Below the pieces are notes generated by a model. It saw nothing but the letters and a program-made list of their open reading frames with translations, was not told where the DNA came from and did no database searches. This document shows positions 57,149 through 64,000 of a DNA stretch of 64,000 nt, piece after piece. Source of the DNA: Candidatus Saccharimonadales bacterium (GTDB lineage Bacteria; Patescibacteriota; Saccharimonadia; Saccharimonadales; EFPC-124); NCBI GenBank assembly GCA_050730875.1, contig JBOHNX010000001.1:230620-294619 (forward strand). The letters are read 5' to 3'. Both the position numbers and the translations under genes were made by a program. Numbering within the stretch: the first letter of the stretch is position 1; each line of letters opens with the position of its first letter.

Positions 57149-57658
57149 CTAGAGTCCTGCTTCGATTGCGGCCCACTCGGCTTCTCGGTTGTCTTCGGGC
57201 ACAATAATGCTAATTTGATCGCCGGTTTTTGCTTTAAAGTAGGTTACGCTGGCAAGCAGTACGCGGTATTCTTTACCGCCGGCCTCGACAAAGAAAGTGC
57301 CGTCGTGTTGAACGAGTGTGCCTATAATTTGTTTGCGTGCAACTGGACCGATTTGTTTGTACACAAAACCGCCGTCATCGGCGATAGTGAGCTTAAGAAT
57401 ATCGCCTTCGACAAGCTTGGATTTACTGGCATAGTTGGCCGGTACCGGGTAGGTTTTGCCGTCTGGACCAATCATATTCTGACCATCGAATACGCCTTCG
57501 ATTACTTTACCAGCGACTTCTGCGCCGCCCGCGTGTTCGGCCATAGGCTCTTCGCCAACCAGGCTAATAAGAAGCTCTTTAGCAGCTGCTAAGTTCATTT
57601 CAGCGTCCTGAATCAACGACTTCAAGCGCTTGATCTGTTTTTCTGGTAGCTCTGTCAT
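57149..57658 (-). CDS. hypothetical protein
   Basis: 169 aa, acidic/Gly-rich, no recognised motif. Confidence 0.5.
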   Translation of the reverse strand: MTELPEKQIKRLKSLIQDAEMNLAAAKELLISLVGEEPMAEHAGGAEVAGKVIEGVFDGQNMIGPDGKTYPVPANYASKSKLVEGDILKLTIADDGGFVYKQIGPVARKQIIGTLVQHDGTFFVEAGGKEYRVLLASVTYFKAKTGDQISIIVPEDNREAEWAAIEAGL

Positions 57659-57809
57659 TCCCTACTGGTTCCTTCTCTGTTTGTTTTCGGACCATTTATG
57701 TCGATTACTTGCCTGCAGCATACCATTATGGCGTAAACTGGTCAACAAAGTTGTCCACAGTCACGCTAGATCTGGTGTGTGGTATGTCAAGCGAACACAG
57801 TTTTTACGA

Positions 57810-58937
57810 TTACTTTACTACGCTCGTCTTAGCGGTTTTACGTACTCGAGCTACTGAAGCAACATAGTGTTCAAGCAGCTCATAATACAGTGTCAGCTCG
57901 TCGCGCATAATCCACTCGTCTGCGCCGTGCGAGCCACCGCCGTGCGGTGTGACCAAAACTGTTGGGATGTTCCGCTCGTTAAAGTAACGGGCATCGCTTG
58001 AACCGAAAGAATATGTGAGTTTGGCTGGCTTATTTGTAGTGCGTTCGACAGATGTAATAAATTTTTGTACAAGCGGATGTTCTTGTTGGAGTGTCACAGG
58101 TGGTGCAGCGGCGAGCTCGGTGTACTCCAGGTCGTGGCGACGCGCAAGGTCAACCAAAAAGGCTTTGCAGGCCAGGGTGTCTTGCGGGTCAAATGCACGA
58201 ATATCGAGCTGGGCTTCCGCACGTTCGGGTAGCTGGTTTTGGGCTGCGCCGGACTGGACAACATTTATACTCGCGGTTAACCCAAGTGGGTTCTCGCTCG
58301 GGTATTTAATTGAAATTTCATTGAGTGCTGGCAGGAGTTTCAGGAAAGCATTTTCCCCTTCCCATGGGCGCGACCCGTGCGAGCTCTTGCCAGTAGCTGC
58401 GACCGATATGATTAGCATACCTTTTGCCTTGGCTTCGATTTCCCAATCGCGACCGCCATCCGGAAGAACGGCGATATCGCAGCTCCAACCATCCGAAAGG
58501 GCTTCCTGGGTGCCGTGGTGGCCACCTAGCTCTTCGTCAGTGGTGATCATAAGGCCGATGTCGTAGTCGTCTTTTGTGTCGCCGTATGAATGCAACAGTT
58601 CAAGGTAACATGCAAGAGCGAATTTCATGTCGTATACACCACGGCCAAACAGCTTGGTGTCGGTTGCCTTCATCTCAAAGTGGTCGTCGGTGCTTGGTGG
58701 CACGACGTCGAGGTGCGCGACAAGCATTACTTTCGGGTGCTTAGTCTTCTGAGTAGTAGCCACCAGCCAAGAGTGTTTTTCGCCGCCGAGCGTTATGTGC
58801 AGCCCCATTTCGGCAAGCTCCGTGGCAAGCCCTTTTATGGCAACCGAACAAATACCTATATCTTCGCTGATGGTAGGCATGGCGACCAAGCGTGCAAGCT
58901 GGTCTTCAAGTCGGAGTTGAAGCGTGGGATTTTTCAT
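57810..58937 (-). CDS. M20-family metallopeptidase (ArgE/DapE-like deacylase)
   Basis: 375 aa; LVAHLDVVP, TDEELGG metal-binding motifs. Confidence 0.8.
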   Translation of the reverse strand: MKNPTLQLRLEDQLARLVAMPTISEDIGICSVAIKGLATELAEMGLHITLGGEKHSWLVATTQKTKHPKVMLVAHLDVVPPSTDDHFEMKATDTKLFGRGVYDMKFALACYLELLHSYGDTKDDYDIGLMITTDEELGGHHGTQEALSDGWSCDIAVLPDGGRDWEIEAKAKGMLIISVAATGKSSHGSRPWEGENAFLKLLPALNEISIKYPSENPLGLTASINVVQSGAAQNQLPERAEAQLDIRAFDPQDTLACKAFLVDLARRHDLEYTELAAAPPVTLQQEHPLVQKFITSVERTTNKPAKLTYSFGSSDARYFNERNIPTVLVTPHGGGSHGADEWIMRDELTLYYELLEHYVASVARVRKTAKTSVVK

Positions 58938-58943
58938 GAACTG

Positions 58944-59972
58944 CTACTTTCCGGAAGTGTCTTGACAGCCGGCAATTTCAAGGAGGTAGTTTATACGATT
59001 TGGATCGGCATTGCAACCGGAGATTATGGTGGCGCAGGTTTTGATATTCATATTTTTTACTAAATCGGCGTTTTCAGTTAGCTTCAAAACGCCTGCATAG
59101 CCGAGCGCCCCGGCTGGTTCGACGCGGTATGGAAGCCGTTTGATTGCTCGGCCAAGCTCAGCCGGCGTGACGCGGACAATACCTTCTACGAACTTAGGAT
59201 TGCGAATGGTTTGAAATGGGATTTTACCCACTTCTTTAACCGCTACACCGTCAGCCGTTTTATCGACGGTGTCTAGCCGGACGATTCGCCCTTGTTCTCT
59301 ACTCTGCGCTGCAGAATCACAGCCATCCATTTGCACGCCAATTATGCGGGCGTCTGGGCGCACTGCCTTCACGGCTCTGGCAATACCGGCGATCTTCCCG
59401 CCGCCGCCAATCTGGACCATAATCGTGTCGACATCTGGTAGTTGCTGAATAAGTTCGGTGCCGATTGTGCCCTGTCCGGCTATAACTGCTTCGTCATCGA
59501 ACGGGTGTATGAATGCAGCACCTGCGTCAAAGGCGTATTGCTTGGCGGCTGCGAGTGATTCGTCAACGGCACTGCCTATGATTACAATCTCTGCCCCGAG
59601 GGCTTTGACCGCCCGGATTTTTACCTCGGGAGTGCCTTCTGGCATAAAGATGGTTGCGGTCGTGCCGAGCTCTGCAGCAGCTAACGCAACTCCCTGGGCG
59701 TGATTGCCGGCACTGGCTGCGACCAAGCCTCTATGAAAGCGGTTCGGGTCGGTTTCGCGCAAGTGGCGAGCACGCACATAAGCGCCGCGCAGTTTAAACG
59801 AGCCAACTTCCTGTTGGTCTTCGCGTTTTGCATAAATATCGACACCGGTTGGAGTTGTTTCTGAAAATTCGACAGGTGTTACCTTAGCCACCTCGTGCAC
59901 ATGCCGCTCGGCAAACAAGCGCCACTCGGCTGGCGATAAGATTTCCTGTTGAGGTGTGTATAATTCGCGCAT
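58944..59972 (-). CDS. threonine ammonia-lyase/threonine dehydratase (PLP-dependent, short form without ACT domains)
   Basis: 342 aa; PLP lysine motif GSFKLRGA; glycine-rich loop GGGG. Confidence 0.85.
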   Translation of the reverse strand: MRELYTPQQEILSPAEWRLFAERHVHEVAKVTPVEFSETTPTGVDIYAKREDQQEVGSFKLRGAYVRARHLRETDPNRFHRGLVAASAGNHAQGVALAAAELGTTATIFMPEGTPEVKIRAVKALGAEIVIIGSAVDESLAAAKQYAFDAGAAFIHPFDDEAVIAGQGTIGTELIQQLPDVDTIMVQIGGGGKIAGIARAVKAVRPDARIIGVQMDGCDSAAQSREQGRIVRLDTVDKTADGVAVKEVGKIPFQTIRNPKFVEGIVRVTPAELGRAIKRLPYRVEPAGALGYAGVLKLTENADLVKNMNIKTCATIISGCNADPNRINYLLEIAGCQDTSGK

Positions 59973-59980
59973 AATCCCTT

Positions 59981-60009
59981 AAAACAAAAATCCCCGCATG
60001 GGCGGGGAT
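59981..60009 (-). terminator. intrinsic terminator ATCCCCGC-ATGG-GCGGGGAT followed by TTTTGTTTT on the minus strand
   Basis: 8-bp GC stem plus U-tract ~180 nt downstream of the rplL stop, directly before the RBS of the threonine dehydratase gene. Confidence 0.6.
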
Positions 60010-60126
60010 GCACTGACTTAATTAAAAGGCCGTCAGCCCCGCGGGCGGGTGGTAGCAATAATAATTTGCTGCTGACTTACTTTATGCATGGTTTGCATTA
60101 TCCTCGCCTGCTATGCGGCTGTCAAA

Positions 60127-60160
60127 TAAGAAGAATCCGAGCGCGGGCCCGGATTCTTCT
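60127..60160 (-). terminator. 12-bp stem hairpin AAGAAGAATCCG...CGGATTCTTCTT 30 nt downstream of rplL (no clear U-tract)
   Basis: long perfect stem in the rplL 3' region; may be a processing or attenuation structure. Confidence 0.3.
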
Positions 60161-60189
60161 TGATACATCTGGTCGAATGCGTATTTAAA

Positions 60190-60570
60190 CTAGGCAACTT
60201 CGACAGTAGCGCCAGCTTCTTCCAAAGCTTTCTTGGCAGCTTCTGCGTCGTCTTTGCTAACTTTCTCTTTGATTGCGCTTGGAGCGTTGTCAACGAGACC
60301 TTTAGCTTCACCAAGGCCGAGGCCGGTGAGTTCTTTTACAGCCTTGATGACTGCAACTTTTTGAGCACCTGCTTCCTTAAGGGTTACAGTGAACTCAGTC
60401 TTTTCGTCGGCAGCTGCAGCAGCTTCGCCACCGGCAGCAGGACCAGCAACAGCTACTGCAGCAGCTGCAGGCTCGATGCCGTATTCATCCTTAAGGATGT
60501 TTTTTAGTTCGTTTACTTCCAGAACAGTCAAACCAGTGAGCTGTTCTGCCAATTTCTTCAAATCAGCCAT
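60190..60570 (-). CDS. rplL: 50S ribosomal protein L7/L12
   Basis: 126 aa; [11 protein letters not shown]...Ala-rich hinge...[29 protein letters not shown]. Confidence 0.95.
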   Translation of the reverse strand: MADLKKLAEQLTGLTVLEVNELKNILKDEYGIEPAAAAVAVAGPAAGGEAAAAADEKTEFTVTLKEAGAQKVAVIKAVKELTGLGLGEAKGLVDNAPSAIKEKVSKDDAEAAKKALEEAGATVEVA

Positions 60571-60592
60571 GTTGTTATTCCTTTACTTAAAA

Positions 60593-61117
60593 TTAGCTTG
60601 TAGCTTTAGCCTCTACACCGTCAAGCAGCGCGTGCAAGTTGCCTGAAAGGCCACTCATGACGTCGTTGACAGGAGATGAGAGGGTTGCAAGTACTTGAGC
60701 GATGAGCTCGTTCTTGCTTGGCAATGCAGCAAGTTGCTTGATGCTAGCTTCGTCGTAGGACATGCCAGCGCCGTCAAAACCACCGGCGAGTTTGAGCGCG
60801 TCGTGGGTTTTAGCGAACTGAGCAAGCGTCTGCGCGGGTGCCACTTCGTCGTCGGTGCTCACAGCGTAGAGCAGCTGACCTTGCAGAAGGCTGTTATCAG
60901 CTTCTTTCAGGTGAGCTACATCTTGCATAGCAACGCGGACCAAACGGTTTTTGACAACCTTGATGGTTACGCCTGCTTCGCGAGCAGCGCGGCGAAGTTG
61001 TTGTAGATCGCCTACAGTCAAACCTTCGTAGTGAGCAAAAGCGGTCATTTTGGCGTTGCCAAGAAGTTCGCCTAAGTCTCGCACGAGGGCTTGTTTTTTA
61101 TCGCGACTAATCGCCAT
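60593..61117 (-). CDS. rplJ: 50S ribosomal protein L10
   Basis: 174 aa; typical L10 N-terminal domain and L7/L12-binding C-terminal helix. Confidence 0.95.
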   Translation of the reverse strand: MAISRDKKQALVRDLGELLGNAKMTAFAHYEGLTVGDLQQLRRAAREAGVTIKVVKNRLVRVAMQDVAHLKEADNSLLQGQLLYAVSTDDEVAPAQTLAQFAKTHDALKLAGGFDGAGMSYDEASIKQLAALPSKNELIAQVLATLSSPVNDVMSGLSGNLHALLDGVEAKATS

Positions 61118-61382
61118 ACTTCACCTCTTCGTTAATTTATTTGTTCGACCAGATTGTTAAACTGCGTATTCGAGAACAAAAGAAAAAGTCTTTGGTTCTC
61201 GCATTACCAAAGACTTGTGGCGGATGAATAAACAAATTGTTTGCTTCATTTCCTCGGTAGCGGATTAAGTTCTTGTTCAGAACGGCTACTGTCTGTGGCA
61301 ATGTTCGTTAGCATTTTATAAAAATATTGTTCGCTCGTCAACACCTCTGCAAAATAAAAGGCAACTATTCCTTGATGTAATG

Positions 61383-61411
61383 TTGCGGTAATGTCATAAA
61401 TATTCTATAAT
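61383..61411 (+). promoter_or_regulatory. sigma70-like promoter TTGCGG-17-TATAAT, only ~15 nt before the helicase ATG (near-leaderless)
   Basis: hexamers with 17-bp spacer; no SD before ATG 61427. Confidence 0.35.
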
Positions 61412-61426
61412 ACCATATTGTTTTTA

Positions 61427-64000
61427 TGGACAAATCTCGTGAGCATCAAGACATCCTCCTCGAAGAGCGTCGTCGTCGCGCTGCAGGCTGGCTAACCGAA
61501 CGGGTTCGACCGGCTGCTCATGTATTGGCTGAAGGTTTAGAGGCGGATCGACCAAGCGAAATAGAGATTCGCGAATATCAGCTCGATGCTTGGATTAATT
61601 TATGGGATGCTCGTCAAGAAGGCAAAAATCGTGCTCTTATTCATTTAGCAACTGGTCTTGGCAAGACCTTTGTGGCAGTTTGTGACGTCATGAAGTTTCG
61701 TGAGGAGTGGGCTGCCGCAAATAGCGACGGTACGACACCCCGAATACTTTTTGTTAGCCACAAAAACGAAATTAACGAGCAGGCCGCAGAAGACTTTTTG
61801 AGCGTCATGCCCGATCTGGACATCGATATGTTCGAGACGCAACGAGAAAGCTTACGGGATGTGGACATTCGCTTTGCTACCTTTCAATCTCTGTTGAGCG
61901 AAAAGGACAACTTTGACCCGCAGGATTATGAATACATCATTTATGACGAAGCTCATCATACGGAAGCCGAGACGTTTAGGGAAATCCGTGATTATTTTGA
62001 CCCATTGTTTGAGTTAGCGCTTACCGCCACCCCCCGTCGCATGGACGAACAGGATATTACAGAATACTTTGGTGTACCTGTTTATAGTAAGGACCTGCCC
62101 GAAGCTATGGCAGAAGGTTTGCTGGCTGATGTGGAATATCACATTATGCTCGATGATGCGGTAAGAGAAACGATTGAGAGCGGCTTCGATCCAAAGACTT
62201 TAGCCGAACTCTATGAGCTAATGCGCGTCATGCCGCGCAATGAGAAAATTGCCGATCATATTCGTGACGAGCAACGTAAACAAGGCGATAAAGTTAAAAC
62301 AATAGTTTTCTGTCAGGACGTAAATCATGTTAATGCAATGGCCGGCGAGCTGGGTGCTGTTGCTTATCATTCGAAGATGTCAAAGAAAGCGCGTCGGCAA
62401 ATCCTTAAAGATTTTCGATCGGGCAAAATCCGTACGGTTTGTACTCGTGACATGTTTAATGAAGGGGTAAACATACCCGATGCCACTATCCTCGCATTTA
62501 CACGTATGACAGGTAGTGAAACGATATACTTCCAACAGCTCGGACGCGGCTTACGTGGGCGTAACAAAAAAGTGACCGTCCTCGACTTCGTGGCAAATGT
62601 TGAACGGATTGCCAAGCTACGTGAATTAAGCGAAACAATTCGTCGCCACGCCGAAGAACTCGGCGATGAAACAAGCGAGTCAGCCGATGATGAGCAGGGA
62701 GGCGATATCGGGCTTCAAGTACAGACGAGCCATACAGAGTTTGATTTTGACAAGTTAGTTGTGGATCTGCTCGAAAAGTTTAATGAATTTAGCTATGATC
62801 CTGCGCCGGAAGGTTATTTGAGTGTCAAGGCAGTCGCCAGAGAATTGGGCATCTCTGAGTCTACGGTAACGAAAATAGCTAATCGTTTGGGGTGGGAACT
62901 ACCTTTATTCAAATTCTATTCGACCGTGGGGCGTGGTGTCAGCCCCGAACAATTATATATGCTTCGGACTGAGGATGAGGTTATAACCGAAAGGGCCACG
63001 CAGGATTTCTTCAGTCTCACTGCCCTGGGCAAATCTTTAAATATTGCGCCAGCTACTTTAGAGGCGAGAATTGACCAAATGGGATGGGAGCTTACATATC
63101 GTAGATTTGGTTCAATCATAGCAAGAGCGATCTCACAATCACAAGTCGATGAATTGCGCCAGCGTTTCCCCGACACTTTCCTCCCGATTATTCCATACGA
63201 ATTAACTAGCGTTCCTGCCGCCGCTAGCGACTTAAGCGTGAGTATCCCGACGCTCACTAAAATAATTACCGAAATAGGCTGGGAACTTCCGCGCTTTAGG
63301 GCTCGATCGGGTAATGTTATTCAAGCCCTAGATACTACACAAATTGAATTTCTAAAGAATCATCCTATGATCAAGACTGAAGTAGGGCAAGGCAATGCCG
63401 TCAGCATTCAAGCGGCCGCCAAAGAGCTCCGCTCAAGCAAGCAAAGGGTGCTAGAGATCGCTGCCGAGCTCGGAATAGAAGTAGTAAACTATAGATTTGG
63501 CTCCCATACAACAGAAGGATTAACGAGTGCTCAAGTGGAGTTGCTCAAAACTCACCCATACTTTGCCAACGTTGCGCCCGAAGGTTATATAAGCATAAGA
63601 AATGCCAGAACTTTATTAAAGGTAGGCCAGGCGAATTTGGAGCGGGTTATTGCTAGTCAGGGCTGGGTTTTGCCTGAGTACAGATTTAAGGGGCAAACAG
63701 CGCTCGCACTCAGTCCGTCCCAGTTTAACCAACTAGCCGAACTTATTGCGCCAAGCGCGCAAAAAGCGCCGGCTAATTATACGAGTGTTGTGGCTTTTGC
63801 GGCAGAGCTTGGTTCTACCCACACAACAGTAACTAAGCTCACTCGAAAATATGGTATACCAGTCGAAAAACACATATACCAGGGTACCCAATTAATCGAT
63901 AGTTTGAGCCCTGATTCCCAAGCTGCACTTAAGGCATTGCCTGAACTCCAAAGAAGGACAGCACCAGAAGGCTATGTAAGCGTATATTCTTTTGCTAAAC
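61427..64000 (+). CDS. SF2 DEAH-box helicase (ResIII/COG1061-like core) fused to a tandem array of at least 7 excisionase/MerR-type HTH (HTH_17-like) modules; partial, runs off the window end
   Basis: open frame of >850 codons not in the ORF track because no stop is reached; motifs REYQ, ATGLGKT, DEAH, TATP, QQLGRGLR; repeats of ...PEGYxSV..xAxELGxSxxTVxKxxxxxGWELPxxRF... Confidence 0.8.

Noticed and set aside
1-64000. CRISPR arrays, rRNA genes, intact tRNA genes, transposase or integrase genes
   Set aside because: No regularly spaced direct repeats, no rRNA-like conserved stretches, no complete cloverleaf, and no recognisable transposase or integrase ORF were found on either strand; only the tRNA 3' fragment and the inverted-repeat element hint at mobility.
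1-64000. Alternative genetic code (e.g. UGA as sense)
   Set aside because: TGA, TAA and TAG all terminate well-conserved genes at the expected lengths (e.g. merR, typA, rplL, cysS), so the standard code applies.

Overview
The window is 64 kb of bacterial chromosome. Background GC is roughly 45-50% by eye, with distinctly GC-richer blocks of about 60%. Conserved housekeeping genes are typA/bipA, cysS, nrnA-like DHH phosphoesterase, recR, ybaB, dnaB, dnaX, threonine dehydratase, an M20 peptidase and rplJ-rplL. They are interleaved with accessory material, listed in order along the window. (1) A 5' island at 1-4100 holds a single-HKD PLD-family nuclease, a PD-(D/E)xK nuclease-like protein, two convergent XRE HTH regulators and three unknown proteins; it ends at a 3' fragment of a tRNA gene (GGGGTTCGAATCCTCC...), an att-site-like scar. 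(2) A minimal mercury module consists of merR, a textbook MerR operator/promoter and an N-terminally truncated merA. merA is frameshifted. The module abuts a decayed fragment of a SnoaL-like paralog, which marks an insertion junction. (3) A high-GC glycosylation block encodes a 972-aa single polypeptide that fuses GtrA-like, GT2 (polyprenyl-phosphate sugar synthase-like) and GT-C (ArnT/PMT-like) modules, followed by a processive QxxRW GT2 synthase. (4) A 1194-aa secreted protein has a PQQ-type sugar-dehydrogenase propeller, two PKD domains and four DUF1349-like jelly-roll repeats. (5) A 1993-aa secreted protein has FG-GAP, LamG and FN3 domains. (6) A PNAG-like exopolysaccharide locus has a PgaC/IcaA-like GT2, a NodB deacetylase and a GH10 lipoprotein. 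(7) At the 3' edge a partial, more than 850-aa SF2 DEAH helicase is fused to a tandem array of excisionase-type HTH modules. No rRNA, intact tRNA or CRISPR array was seen. merA and a DUF389 gene each have a clear frameshift, which is either real pseudogenisation or an assembly indel. Lineage cannot be assigned from sequence alone.
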